A stretch of DNA of 64,000 nt from Eledone cirrhosa (GCA_964016885.1 OZ024742.1:236344001-236408000); one strand, 5' to 3'; positions 14,405-30,317 are shown, numbered from the stretch's first letter. Program-made: numbers and translations. Notes: generated by a model from the sequence alone, not told the origin.

Positions 14405-15315
14405 CAGACGAGGCATCATCATTGAAACCAAGATAAAAGTGTATTTGAACTGTGTCTTCTCATTGCTTTATGCTTGTGTAACGTGGGTCATATACGGAAA
14501 GCCCCTCAAGGAACTGGAGAGGTTTCACCAACAATCTCTTCGAAGATACTTGGGGTGCGATGGAAAATGTTCGTCAGCAATTTGGAAGTTCTTGAAGGGA
14601 TCAGGTGCATGAGTTTGGAGAGCATGATCTTTCGGCATCGGTTGAGGTGGTGCGGTCACGTGGTGGGGATGCCTAATGATCGTATTTCAAAGCAACTTCT
14701 CTACAGTGAACTGTGCGAAGGAAGGCGACCATCCAACAAACCAAAAATGCGGTACCGGGACTGTGTCAGGGGCACCTTGGCTTGCGCTGGAATTTCATTT
14801 AATGAATGTGAGAAAATGGCTGACGAGCGTGTGAAATGAAGATGTTTGATCAAGTGAGGAAGTGATCACTTTGAAACTCGTCGAAGGGAACACCAAACAC
14901 AGAAAAGGAAGGTGAGGAAAAGGGACTGTTCTGAACTGCTTGTTGTTGAGCAAAATCTGGTTTGCAAGCACTGTGTTCGAGTCTGTCTGAGCAAAACTGG
15001 TTTGATAAGACATAAACAAAGCCATATCAGTAGCTCTCATGTACATTACGAACAGCATGATCTGAAAAGGTGTATGGAATGTGACAAGAAATATGCAGGC
15101 ATGAGAAGTCTTAAAAGACATATGAGAACGCACAGTCAGAACCGAGTAGAGGAAAGTCCTAGAGGAATCTACAGTTGCCATGTATATTCCAGAAGGTGCA
15201 AGTCTTTGGCTGGTTTGAAGAGCCACATTCGTGCCTCAATTTTTGAGCATTTTATGAGGCGACGGCAATGTTCGAACACGAGTTTGCGCCCATCATTCAT
15301 GTATGTATGTATGTA
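14405..15315 (+). mobile_element. RTE-clade LINE 3' end with three C-terminal C2H2-type zinc fingers and (TGTA)n tail
   Basis: IETKIKVY...LLYAC.TW...LERFHQ, RHRLRWCGHVVGMPNDRISKQLLYSEL.EGRR, then CKHC..CLSKTGLIRHKQSH, CMECDKKYAGMRSLKRHMRTH and a degenerate third finger ([20 protein letters not shown]). Confidence 0.8.
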
Positions 15316-15316
15316 A

Positions 15317-15830
15317 GGAGCTCTTAAGAGTCAATGGCCATCCAAAATCACCGGGAGAGATGACCCCTTAGCCTTTGTCAAGGCAGAATTCTAGGTGAAG
15401 GAAAACTCTGATATAACACCTGCAACTCTGATGGTATCCAATGATGTTGACTTGTTCTTCTTTTTGGTAAATATCATCTTGGTTAAGAGAGTGGGACTGG
15501 CTTTGTGCAGTGCCTTTGCTCACTATAAAAGCTTCACGGCACAGGCATTGCTTTATATCTGGAGATCTCTCTGCACTTGTCGTCACATGGTACCATGGGC
15601 CCAGCACTATGTGTCAATAATTGTCGCAAGTGTAGTGTTTGTACCAGAGTTTTCAAGTCGCTGCATGGACTAAAAAGTCACACTCGTTCAGCGCATCGGT
15701 AGGGGTTCTCCTACATGGATATAAAGTAGTGGCCGTACTCGAAAACGAGTTGGCAGCCACCATGTATGTATGTATGTATGTATGTATGTATGTATGCATG
15801 TATGTATGTATGTATGTATTTATGTAGGTA
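15317..15830 (+). mobile_element. Non-coding RTE-derived SINE-like element, copy 1, with (TGTA)n tail
   Basis: Highly similar to 52480-52926 and 63899-64000; ends GGCCGTACTCGAAAACGAGTTGGCAGCCACC-(ATGT)n. Confidence 0.7.
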
Positions 15831-16376
15831 TGTTTGTGTGTTTGTGTGTATGAATGTAGGTATGTTTGTGTGTTTGTGTGTGTGTATGTATGTACACACA
15901 TATCACATAATACATATATAGATAGAAAAATACATACGTGCTACATATCCAGTGTGTGTAGGGGAAATACTAAAATAATAATCTTATGTATTCACACAAA
16001 TAAACGCCAATATCTTATACAAATGCAACGACATCCTTAACACGCCTGATAATAAAGACAACAAAAACAAAACAAGGGGAGACAATTTGATTAAAAACAT
16101 GAAGAAGCTATTCGTGTACTTGTTATTGTTGTAATCTATAAGATTCTAAACTATGTAGATGCATTTAAAATAGATAAAGAGTGAGTGTTGTGTGATGTAA
16201 CGAAATAAATATATAAATGTATGGGAATATCGTCACACACACGCACGGCACACACACACACACACACACAAACACGCGCGCGCTCACACATACACACTCT
16301 CTCTCTCTCTCACACACACACACAACATCAGCACGCTTGGAAAAAGTGTTCCATACCAAAGTAGAAAATATTATCT

Positions 16377-16562
16377 TGGATTGGCAGTATCGGTAGAGGG
16401 TCGGACGCCATGCTTTCCAGCATAGTTACGTCCCTTTACGATCTGAGTTCAAATCCCGCCGAGGTTGACTTTGCCTTTCATCCTTACGGGGTGGATAAAA
16501 TAAAGTACCAGTAATGCACTGAGTAATTGCTGGCCTTGTGCGTAAAGTAGAAACAATTATCT
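16377..16562 (+). mobile_element. SINE copy with probable TSD attatct
   Basis: Consensus match; attatct occurs before the head and after the tail. Confidence 0.85.
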
Positions 16563-16956
16563 ATATATCTAAAACAGAGAATGTCTGTCTGTCTGACTGA
16601 CTCCCTAAAACTCGAGAACCACCCAACCGATTGTTTTCAAACTTTACACATGTAATACTTATGGTCTTGTGAGTGTTTTGAGCAAAACATATTTCAAATT
16701 TTCAATGCCCTAGGGACCGCATTAGGTGACTTAGCGATCTCTCTATAATTCTTAGTCGTTCTTTTTAGATAGATACATACATATAACGTTGCGCCCTTAT
16801 ACTACCTGCCTGTATGTCTGACTGTCTGCATTATGGCATTATGACGTCGCTATCTGGGTGTGTGTGTATATATGTGTATAGTGTGATTATATATATTTAG
16901 TGAATTGCCAGACCCAGGATTATTTACTTGAGTAAATATCACCGGAATCTAACTAG
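16560..16956 (+). mobile_element. Non-autonomous Helitron-like element
   Basis: TCTATATATCTAAAA start, (GTCT)n, accgattgttttcaaacttt motif and CTAG|T end. A further Helitron 3' end (cccgagcaacgccggg...ctagt) lies at 17532-17562. Confidence 0.55.
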
Positions 16957-17576
16957 TAAATTTTATACAGAAAAGGATAAGATATATTTACAAAACACCA
17001 TATCGAATACAAGTCTTCATTTTATTATAACTCCGTTATAATTGTTGTACACAAATATCCTCGTACATATTTAGGTATAGTCCAAGCCCATGATTAACAT
17101 GTTTATCTTCAGTGTTGTCGGTTCGAAGGAAAGGCGACAAAGAGAGAAAGAGCTGGCTGTGTTGCCGCTATTTATAACCTCTTTCCGGAAGTTGCAAAAG
17201 AGAGTTCTAGACTTTCGACGGGAAGTAATTCTAACTACTTCCCTGTCTAGAGAGCGCTACATATATATAGATATAGTGTGTAACGTTTTTCGAAATATTT
17301 ACTTCTGCGTTCACAGATTGATGTTTTTAGTTTCAGAAGATCCGAAGATCCCGTTAAGGGTGAAAGCAGCGATTCTTTGCTTAAACTTTAATCTGTTATT
17401 TTAATATATATATATATATATTCGTGTACAGATATTTTTACATACACAATAACAAAATATAAAGAAACGTATTTATTTCACGAGGCTCGATAAGGATAAA
17501 TATATATCAAATATATAAGAACCTTAGAGCAAATCCCGAGCAACGCCGGGCCATTCTGCTAGTATATTATTATTAC

Positions 17577-17925
17577 TATCGGTAGCATAGAGTTATGCCC
17601 TTTACGCTCTGAGTTCAAATCCCGATGAGGTTAACTTTGCCTTTCATCCTTACGGAGTCGATAAAATAAAGTACCTGTCACGCACTGGGGTCGATTAAAT
17701 CGACTTTCCCCTCCCCCCGAAAATTGCTGGCCTTGTGCCTATATAAGAAACCACCATTACTACCCATAGCATAGAGTTAAGGCCCTTTACGCGCTTTAGT
17801 TCAAATCCCGCCGAGGTTAGCTTTGCCTTTCATCATTATGGGGTACCAGTAACACACTGGAGTCGATTTAATCGACTTTCCCCTCCTCTAAAATTGTTGG
17901 CCTTGTGCCTAAATCAGAAATCATT
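17577..17925 (+). mobile_element. Two tandem SINE copies (long-tail subfamily)
   Basis: Consensus match plus an extra gtcgatt.aatcgactttcccc segment. Confidence 0.8.
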
Positions 17926-18097
17926 ATGATCATTATTATACAGATAATATATATATATATATACAAATATATATGTATGCATAATATACATGTGTATGTA
18001 TATGATTGTGTTTGTGTGTGTATGTTACATATGTACGGTAGTAGTTACATATATATATATACATATACATATATATATACATATATATATATATATG

Positions 18098-18681
<584 letters not shown>

Positions 18682-18854
18682 ACTGCAAACGTTTATATAT
18701 ATGATGACTGCAAAAGTTTATCCCGGGTTCAATCGGAGGTAACCACAGTAAGTAAGGTACTCAGTATATAGCAGAGTATAAATATTTAATATAGAAATGG
18801 GCTTCCTGATGATTTCTCCCGAATGAAACAGTTCTAGTCCTTTAGAAGCCATTT

Positions 18855-19014
<160 letters not shown>

Positions 19015-20737
19015 CCGTTTGCACGTGATTTTATGCAATTAGAGTTCCAAACATTTATAAATATATACTGCAGATTTTGTTTGTCAGCATTGCACTCAGT
19101 TATATACGCATTTATGCCCAAACATACATACATACCTAACATACATAATATACATACATACATAACATACATAATATACATACATACATAACATACATAA
19201 CATACATACAAATACTCAGACACATACTAGCACAAATTTACATAGATATACATGTTCACAAACACGCACACAAATGTATACAGAGACATACACGCTGTAC
19301 GCAAACAGACACTTTTATTAAAGATATCAAGATTTATAAGTAAAGTTGCTATTTTTATTATAATTAAAAACAAATAATTATCTTCTTTTTTTTTTGCTCT
19401 TTCTCTGAAATTTTAATCATTTTTATAATACTGTGTACATACTGAAAGATAAGAAAACCAAGCGCCTCCATTTTTTTATCTCTTTTTCTCTTTCCTGTTT
19501 ATAGAAGGGAGATTATATTGACGTAACGAGTATTGCGTGAGAAGATATGAAACGATTTAAACATTTCTACTTGTCTCTTCACAAAGAATGCGTATATTTA
19601 GTATATTTAATAGGATTTTGGAAAGATCATAAGATACGTGGCATCATTTTTCCGAATTCTAGTCTTTGTACTATTGTTGGCTTGTGCGTTTCCTTTCCAG
19701 TTTAACCATATTTCAATACTAAACCGACTGAAACCCCTCTGGTTCTACGATGTAAAGCTGTTTGCTTGAAAGTGTTTATATTTATCTAAAAACCTTCCAT
19801 TGCCGAGGTTGACTTTGCCTTTCATCCTTACGGGGTCGATAAAATAAAGTACCAGTAATGCACTGGTTAATTGCTGGCCTTGTGCCTAAAGTAGAAACAA
19901 TTATAATTCTATGTAAAACCTTTGTTAAGTTGTGCTCCAAACGCCAGATAAATAATGAGAATAATAGTTATATTACTAAATCTTTCCATTATTTTCACAA
20001 TTATTTGAAAACCATAGATAGTGACTATCACTAAACACAGGGTAACAAAAGAGTTACTTATATTAACTAGTATATCTTTAAGATATTGGAGACGGGGAAT
20101 TGGCATAGATATTAGAGAGTAAAACTAAATGCTATGTGGAATTTGCTCACTCTTCTTTGTACTCTCAACCTAAATTTCTAGTCAGCACTATAACGAACTC
20201 TCATTCGATGGCTCTAGACTTTATTTATTGATCTCAAAAGGCTGAATTTGAATTCAGAACAAAGAGTCGGAACAAATACCACAATGAGACCTCTTCGAAG
20301 CTTTAACGAATCCCCATTACTCTTTCATAGGACACAATTTTATTTATCGATAATGGAAGGATGAAAGACAAAGTTGATTCTAGACACGAATTAGATTTGA
20401 ACCCTCAACGCAAGGAGCAAGAATAAATAACACTCTAACGCTTCTAGCAATCCCCTTCCTTACAGTATGTATTGCAAGACTTTGAAATCAAAACGAATCA
20501 TAATTTCGTGTTTAATTAATGCAGTGTCACATTTCGCTGCTTCTATAATTGAAACAACGTAATTAGCTAATGACAGCACCTAATGTCAATTGAACTGTTA
20601 GTTCGGTGCCAGAGGTATTAGGTTCCTATGGAAATTAAATTCATTAATAAAAAGAATATGTTGGAATCATAATCGGATTATTCCTCTTGTAATATTGGCA
20701 CATTAAAGTGCACACTCATTTGGTACATTTCGTGAGC

Positions 20738-20828
<91 letters not shown>

Positions 20829-21894
20829 CACACTCACACAGAGATATATATGATGATTTCCTTCGAATGAAACAGTTCTAGAAGCCATTCTGTAGAAGCC
20901 ATTTCTATATTAAATTTGTTGTATACACTCTACTAATGCATTGAGTACCTTACTTACTGTGGTTACCCCCGATTTAAACACACATATATATAGAGAGTTA
21001 GTTCCACAACATTAGCAAACCATATTCGAGGACGCGCATTTCACCGAATAGATTTTCAACCTGGATAAATCTTACCTGGATTGAACTAAAAAAATATCTC
21101 CCCCGCTTCAGTCTATTTTGAGTTGTCTCCCTTGTCACCAAAATATCGCCTGCTATCGCACAGAATCCAGTCAGTTCATATACTTTTCCGTTCTCACCGC
21201 AGCCATACACAGGTTGAAAATCTATTCGGTGAAATGCGCTTCCTCGAGTATGATTTGCTAATTTTTGTGGAACTAATTCTACATCGAACTCGTCCTCTGG
21301 ACTGAGTGCTCTGCTTACTACGGATAGAACTTGCCACGACATTTTAATCCCGCAGAAGCATGATACATATTCCAATGGCCCAGTTTCATCATCCAACCAT
21401 GATGCAAGATTTAGATGATTTCATCAGGCGCTGATTGCAGAATTAGGTATATAACACATAAGGACTACGGCGAAAGCAAACGGAATAGAAAATAGAGGAT
21501 AGATTTGGTTCGGGGATGGTTTGCCAATTCGGTGTTATTGTAATGGCAAACTATCTCCGAATGATATATTTATAATTTAATTAAGTCAGTATCATTAAGA
21601 CACCAACCCAAGGAAGTTAGAGTGGATACTAGTGAGAAAAACGATTTATGTGGGTAGAAAATTTGATTTCCCGACCCCTGGACCAATGCATTAGTTTCTG
21701 CGAATTCGTCTGCTAGCGGCAGTCCAAACGGAACTATTATGTACAGAAATTGGCTATTATGTTGCGTCATCAGCGGGAATTAATCCCTCTGGAACAAGTC
21801 AGCTATCAACACACTACTCCGTACTAAGGTTCCGCGACACAATACAAAAAAACAGTTTAAGTATCGATGGTTTAGACAAAAATGATAATACTGC

Positions 21895-23746
21895 ATTGCT
21901 CTATACCAGTGGTTACCACTGTTTTACACATAACTGTAATACTATTACATTACTCTATACCAGTGGTTACCACTGGTTTACACATGACTGTAATACTATT
22001 ACATTACTCTATACCAGTGGTTACCACTGGTTTACACATGACTGTAATACTATTACATTACTCTATACCAGTGGTTACCACTGGTTTACACATGACTGTA
22101 ATACTATTACATTACTCTATACCAGTGGTTACCCCTGATTTACACATAACTGTAATACTATTACATTACTCTATACCAGTGGTTACCCCTGGTTTACACA
22201 TGACTAATACTATTACATTACTCTATACCAGTGGTTACCCCTGGTTTACACATGACTAATACTATTACATTACTCTATACCAGTGGTTACCACTGATTTA
22301 CACATGACTGTAATACTATTACATTACTCTATACCAGTGGTTACCACTGGTTTACACATGACTGTAATACTATTACATTACTCTATACCAGTGGTTACCC
22401 CTGATTTACACATAACTGTAATACTATTACATTACTCTATACCAGTGGTTACCACTGGTTTACACATAACTGTAATACTATTACATTACTCTATACCAGT
22501 GGTTTCCCCTGATTTACGCATAACTTTAATGCTATTACATTACTCTATACCAGTGGTTACCCCTGGTTTACACATAACTGTAATACTATTACATTACTCT
22601 ATACCAGTGGTTACCCCTGGTTTACACATAACTGTAATACTATTACATTACTCTATACCAGTGGTTACCCCTGGTTTACACATGACTGTAATACTATTAC
22701 ATTACTCTATACCAGTGGTTACCCCTGGTTTACACATAACTGTAATACTATTACATTACTCTATACCAGTGGTTACCCCTGGTTTACACATGACTGTAAT
22801 ACTATTACATTACTCTATACCAGTGGTTACCACTGGTTTACACATGACTGTAATACTATTACATTACTCTATACCAGTGGTTACCACTGGTTTACACATA
22901 ACTGTAATACTATTACATTACTCTATACCAGTGGTTACCCCTGGTTTACACATGACTGTAATACTATTACATTACTCTATACCAGTGGTTACCACTGGTT
23001 TACACATGACTGTAATACTATTACATTACTCTATACCAGTGGTTACCCCTGGTTTACACATAACTGTAATACTATTACATTACTCTATACCAGTAGTTAC
23101 CCCTGGTTTACACATAACTGTAATACTATTACATTACTCTATACCAGTGGTTACCCCTGGTTTACACATACCTGTAATACTATTACATTACTCTATACCA
23201 GTGGTTACCACTGGTTTACACATAACTGTAATACTATTACATTACTCTATACCAGTGGTTACCCCTGGTTTACACATAACTGTAATACTATTACATTACT
23301 CTATACCAGTGGTTACCCCTGGTTTACACATAACTGTAATACTATTACATTACTCTATACCAGTGGTTACCCCTGGTTTACACATAACTGTAATACTATT
23401 ACATTACTCTATACCAGTGGTTACCCCTGATTTACACATACCTGTAATACTATTACATTACTCTATACCAGTGGTTACCACTGGTTTACACATAACTGTA
23501 ATACTATTACATTACTCTATACCAGTGGTTACCCCTGGTTTACACATAACTGTAATACTATTACATTACTCTATACCAGTGGTTACCCCTGGTTTACACA
23601 TAACTGTAATACTATTACATTACTCTATACCAGTGGTTACCCCTGGTTTACACATAACTGTAATACTATTACATTACTCTATACCAGTGGTTACCCCTGG
23701 TTTACACATAACTGTAATGCTATTGTATTGCACTGTACCAGTGGTT
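21895..23746. repeat. 54-bp minisatellite, about 34 copies
   Basis: Unit ctctataccagtggttaccMctggtttacacatRactgtaatactattacatta. The 528-aa ORF is an 18-aa repeat artefact. Confidence 0.95.
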
Positions 23747-24553
23747 CATAAATATGCTTTCATTCATTCACAGCGCACTTTAGAACAAGTAATAATATTT
23801 TGGCGCATTTTGAACCTAAATTTAAAACATAATTCAAAAGAGGTATTTATACATATGAGCTTAGCATAAACTATATAGGTATGGACCAGTTACTCCAGGT
23901 GGAGAAAGTGAGTGATAGAAAGAAAGAGAGAAAGAGATATCGAGGAAGAATAGACTCTAACATTGGACAGGTAATTATATATAGGCCTCGAAATAAACTT
24001 CAGTGGGATTTGAATTCAGAGGAACGGAATGAATAACGCAAAGCCTTCTATCCGACGTTTTTACGTCTCGGTCAATTCCCTGATTTATAAAAATACACAA
24101 TTGTCACAGTTGTCACTTTTTTATTTGTAAATGGAAATCACTGGATAAATTAGCATTTTTTATTTTGTCAAATTGTTTTTGAAATTGAAGTTACGAATTA
24201 AGTAATCATGGCCAGTTATTCTTTTCGGTATCGAGAAGTACTGGATGAACTCTACTGGATATTAACGGATCTTGGAATATCAGGCGAAGTGAAATAGATG
24301 TGTCCTTTGCTTTTCATCGATAAAATAAAGAACCAGTAATGCACTGGGTAATTGCTAGCCTTGTACCAAAAGTAGAAACAGATCCAAATTCGATTTTTAT
24401 AGTGAGCTGATAACACGGATACCATAAGTTGGGTGGATTTTAAAGTTGATGGTAAATTTATTAGGGTAATATTGATAGAATATTGTTCACATCTTATATA
24501 TGATACACACATACACACACGGATATATATATCCATAACTATACACACACACA

Positions 24554-24667
<114 letters not shown>

Positions 24668-24723
24668 GTATATACATATATATATATATATATACATACA
24701 CATACCTACACACAAATATGTAC

Positions 24724-25255
<532 letters not shown>

Positions 25256-25768
25256 CTTACACACACGCGCGCGCGCGTATGTGTGTGTATGTGTATGTGT
25301 GTGTATGTATTTGTGTGTGCGTATGTATATGTATGTGTATGTCCGTCGGCGCATACGTATGAACTGGCCTAAATCTTCACTATTTACTTTTACTATTTTA
25401 ATAACATCTGTCATTTTCGTTTACAATTTTATTTACATCATTCTTAAACTCCGGGGCTGGAAATCATTCGGTTATTTTAAATAGAATATTAGTCTAACGA
25501 CTCCATTTATACCATAAACTTGGTCTTGTCTTTGCATGAAATTGTTCTTCTCGGTCCACATAACGACGTATTATCCTCGCTTTTTTTTTCGTTCATTACC
25601 AGGGAACGTCTTGACGAACCAAAATATCGTCTTTCTGTTTTCCTTCGGTTGCTACGTTTCTTGAAATATTTACTTCTGCGTTCACAGATTGAATTTTTTA
25701 GTTTCAGAAGATCCCGTTAATGTTGAAAGCAGCGATTCTTTGCTTAAACTTTGATCTGTTCTTATAAC

Positions 25769-25802
<34 letters not shown>

Positions 25803-25808
25803 TAGAGA

Positions 25809-25874
<66 letters not shown>

Positions 25875-26577
25875 CGTCTTTGTGTGTGTGTGCGGACATA
25901 TATATATTTAACACACAGTCTCAGTACGTCTTGTGTGAAAGAGAGAAAGAGATGTTAGGTTGAGGAAAGGGGAGAGTTGAACAGTGTGTAAAGAATAGAT
26001 AAATAAATAAAAGTTAAAGTTCCTCACTCTCTTTCTTTCTTTCTCAACCCCTCTCTCCCTTTTTTCTCATACCCCCTCTCTCTCTCTCTGTCTTTATATA
26101 TATATATATGTGTTTGTGTGTGTGTGAACCAGTGTTCGTCGCCATTCTCTCTCTCTCTCTCTGAATATCTTGTACCTCTCTCTGTATAACGACCTATCTC
26201 AATCTCTCTCTCTACATCTTCCTTTCTCTCTTTAGATGTATATGTATGTGTGTGTGCAGTTTTCGTGCAACCAGCCAACCAATATTTATCTAGGGGCCGC
26301 ATTAACAAAAACTTGAAACTTTTATGAGTCCAAAACACTCCTGAGAACATAACGCATGTTTGTTCCAAATTCGAAGAAAATCGGTTGCAAACTGTAGAAG
26401 TTCTGTGGGTACGGACATACACACATCCTCAGTTTATTGCTATCTTCTATTTGCAAAACCCTTTAAACTGTATATTATTACTCTGAGTTTTATACCTTGT
26501 CGAGTGGTCGGCTGCACTGCTGATGGCATTCGTCGACTTAGCTGCGGCTCGAGCTTCGAATATGCTGTACTTTCATT

Positions 26578-26616
<39 letters not shown>

Positions 26617-26622
<6 letters not shown>

Positions 26623-29600
26623 GAAATGAATACAAAGAGTTTAAAACCGTTAAAACATGTTTATATAATAGTGCACCTACGAACGTTTCGCCATGAGAGG
26701 GTTTATCAAGGGCATGGAAAGCAAAATAATGTTCAATATAGGACCCAGGAGGGAATTCACGGTTAAATTAACATCATCATTCATTTTTCCCCTCTGTGCA
26801 TGTGTTTTTATTATCACAGAGCAGGGGGAGTAACTCTGGCCGGTGTTCAAGCAATCAGTCCCATGTGGATTTTTATGCCTGTTCATATGCTGGTGTTTAG
26901 CATCTTTATATTATGTGTGTTGTTTCACTAGTGCCAGTACAGGTCGGGTCTGGGGTGTCCATTTATTATTTAGTGGATGTTGCTTCACTAATGTTTGTTC
27001 GAGTATGGTCTGCGGTGTACATTTGGTTCACAGATGTTTGTTCATACTGCGTGCCCACCGGGGTGTTATGGTTCGGGCAGGGGGACCCAGCTCGTAGTTT
27101 TCATGTCACAGTCGCCTCCCAGGCAAAATACGATGCCTGTACCCGGTGTTTACAATTAATAACTGATTCTGCTCGGCTGTTTAAGAGCTCATGGGGTGTT
27201 CTTATGATGTAGTACAGCTCCATGAGGCAGAGCTGGCATTTCCCCCTAAAGTTGTAGGGTGCAGCCCTACTGACAATATCCCAGTGTGTGGAGAAGCTTA
27301 TGTTGGCGTCTTGCAATGTGGTGAGGTAGTTGGCAAGCGATGTGGAGTGCCTTAATTTTTTGTTCCTGAAAGAGTGGAGATGCGTTCTAAATCTCGTTTT
27401 AAACTGGCCAGAGGTGGCTCCTATATAGTGTTTAACTCCGCTATGGCTAGTTACGGTGCACCTATAAACAACCTTATCACTCAGGCAGTTTCCCCTGTCA
27501 CGACAGTTGCATTTTCCGTCACGGTCGCTCCTAGTTCCTAAAGTAAAGCTATTACTATTGCTATCTATGTTGTTATCTATGTCTCTAACTCTGTCATTGG
27601 TACTGTTATATCTCAAGGCGTGCGGTGTTGTACCATTATTATTCCGCACGCCGCAGCCCGTTCTGCTACCGGTGGGTGACGCGTGTGGGTCGGCGGTATA
27701 TTCTCCAATCACGCCCTGGTTACGTGGGTTTCGCCTGCCGGGGCGGCCATCCACCCTATTTGGTGCTGTTAGGGGGATGGTAAGGTTATTAGTGTTGTTG
27801 TCATGTCTAGATGTATCTGTGCTAAGGTATAGTGTTTTGTTAATCTTACTGTGATTAGTTGCTCCTATGATGTCAGCTAGATTGGGGGTGGTAGAGAAGG
27901 ATATTTTGATATTGTTCTTGTTAAGTATTTTTCTGTATTTATGATTAGGTGGGAAATTACTCTCCAAGGCTTCGAAGAATATCCTCGGTACGTCGGAGGC
28001 CACACTTCGAGAGTAGGGGGGAGGGGGTGGAACCATATGATATTACGGTGGCGTTTCCGCTTTACAGCGGGTTTGCTACAGGTTGTGCTTCCTAGTTGAC
28101 AGTACTTACAGTTGCTCCTGTGCTGTAGCCGGTTATGCGTCCCCATTACTTTATGTTCAGGTGGGGGCGCCTTACGTCTGTACTTTCTATGTGTGGCTAG
28201 ACGCGGGTTGGAGGGTGTTGGTAATAGGCCACCGCAGTTGCTGATATTATAGTTAGGGAATAACTCTAATAGGCTGCAGCGGGTGGCGCTACCAATCGGG
28301 TAACTCTTACCATACTGTCGGTTGTCTTGGTCGCCACTCATGTAATTAACGGTGTGGGCAAGTTTCTTAGTGTGGTTCTCTATACTATAGTTCTTGACGC
28401 TGTCATGGCTGTAGCGTGCTCTGTTATAGGTATGGCTCACTATAACATTAGTCCTACGTTGGGGTTGGTTTCTAGAGCTAGCGTAAAGGATGTAGGATAT
28501 TTTCCGGTTAAAACCGGCATTTAGTAAAGCCTTATTGTAATATTCGGCCGCTTTGTTGAAAATATCTTCATTGGCGGAGAGCTTCGAGATCCTATGGGAT
28601 ATGCTATATACTATGGAGTTGAGAGTAGACTTAGGGTGGTTAGATGCATAGTTTATATAGGACAGGATCTCACCAGGCTTATGGTATGGCTTGTATAGGC
28701 CCGTACTCAACTCCAGGGTTACGTCTAGGAAATTGACTATTTGGTGGTTGAGGTCCATGGTCACTGATAGGAGATATGTCTTAAAGAACCTGTGTATACG
28801 CTTGTTAAGGTTCTCTATCCTGCGGGGGCTGTGGTTTCGCACGGTAAACATGGCATCGTCCCTATATACCCCGCCCTGTAGGGCCGGTATCTCGTCCCTA
28901 ATTCTATGGCGGAGTTATATCCCGACCAGGTCGGTTACTTGCGCCGAGTCGCTGGACCCCAACGTGATATCAAAGTTATCAGGACAGTTGGTTCTGGTCC
29001 AGTAGGAGCCATCGAACTTGATAATAGTTCTACGTGCTGCGAGCACAATATCTATCTCTTTCCTAGTGAGGCTAGTATTAGACTTAGCTAGGATAAGCGC
29101 TTTATTTAGGAGTATGGGGGAGATCGATGCATAGTAGCCATCTATGTTAAACTATATGAACTTGAGAGTTGTTTTATCAGGTAACTCTGTGAACCAATTA
29201 ATGACCTGGTCGGTGCTGCTCCAGAGACAGACCTTGGCTTTATTATTAAGTTCTAGTAGTACTCTATCTAGGATTACTTTACTAATTTTACCTGTATCCG
29301 AAGTAGATGGGGATATAAGTCTAATAGAGGGGTTTTCATTAAAGTTACATATGTGATCCTTAAGAGAGAATCTGGGTGTCATAGGGACATTTGGGTTGGT
29401 GTACTTATCTATATCTAGGCTAGTAACTATATCCTTCCCTACCCTATTTATGTCATTTAACGTGCTAGTTGGTGTTTTCTTATAGTTTCTATGTAGTTCA
29501 TTATAAATGAAATGTTTGTACTTGCTCACATCCATCTTATACAGCTTCTTGGTTTTGTCGGAGGTAACGAAGAGGTGTGGGTCCTTCTTGATTTCTGGTA

Positions 29601-30165
29601 ATGAGTGCATCCAGAGATGTTATGAATGGATTACTGCCTTGGTGTTTACTCTTAAACTTGATGTTTTTGATAAGTTTTAGCAGGTCTTCCTCAAAGTGGT
29701 CCAGCATGGTGTTGTGCGGTGGGTTTCGGTATGTTTTAAAGCCGTATCTCTTTATAGGTTCTGGACGGTTGCAGTTGTCCTTATCGAGGTAGTAGGCCTT
29801 CCATCTTACTCTCCGTATAAACGAGTTATTGGCGTCTATAAGCTGCTTGAGGTATGTTTCTCTGCTAGGTAGTGGGATACATTTGAGAGACATGGGTAAC
29901 GGTTGATTCTCCATCGTAATGGCAAATAAAGTATGGTGCTCTACTATAAGGAGCACGTTAATAGAATGATTAGGTATCGAGAGAGAGAAGAAAATGGAAA
30001 GATGGTCGATTCATATATTTAGTTGCCAATAGTTTATGCATGTGTGCTCAATACTCGTGCCTACAGGGTTAAATATTAGAGGCGTCAATACTGAGTGGGC
30101 GAGAAAAAATAAGCAGAGCGATTATAAAGGAAATGAATACAAAGAGTTTACAACCGTTAAAACAT

Positions 30166-30172
<7 letters not shown>
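26617..30172 (-). mobile_element. Near full-length Penelope-like retroelement (RT plus C-terminal GIY-YIG; probably Hydra clade) with about 50-bp terminal direct repeats, in (TA)n
   Basis: Broken ORF 29956-27101: SLKCIPLP...RWKAYY, SDKT, FI*FNIDGYYASI (motif A, Asp mutated), FDITLGSSD, GVYRDD (28866-28855), VNFLDVTL, KP, RNIIWF.PPYS, CNCR..CL..VVY..YIG..FKTR..H, CQLC. It has 2 frameshifts plus TAG and TAA stops. The repeat aaaggaaatgaatacaaagagttta.aaccgttaaaacatgttta occurs at about 26619 and about 30126. Confidence 0.9.
26672..26714 (-). ncRNA. Hammerhead with U3-A8 core at the 3' end of the 26.6-30.2 kb PLE
   Basis: tgccc TTGATAA acc-ctctcat-ggc GAAACG tt CGTA ggtgca. Confidence 0.55.
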
Positions 30173-30235
<63 letters not shown>

Positions 30236-30263
30236 ATAAGCAGCGATTCTTTGCTTAAAATTT

Positions 30264-30315
<52 letters not shown>

Positions 30316-30317
<2 letters not shown>

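Noticed and set aside
22283-23869. 528-aa ORF / possible CRISPR-like array
   Set aside because: It is a pure 54-bp tandem repeat (multiple of 3, one stop-free frame), with no unique spacers and no cas genes, in a eukaryotic context.
27101-29956. Selenocysteine or programmed recoding in the Penelope ORF (as known for some Naiads)
   Set aside because: The interruptions read are TAG, TAA and two frameshifts, not in-frame TGA. The motif-A Asp is also mutated and the endonuclease is C-terminal, so this is ordinary decay.
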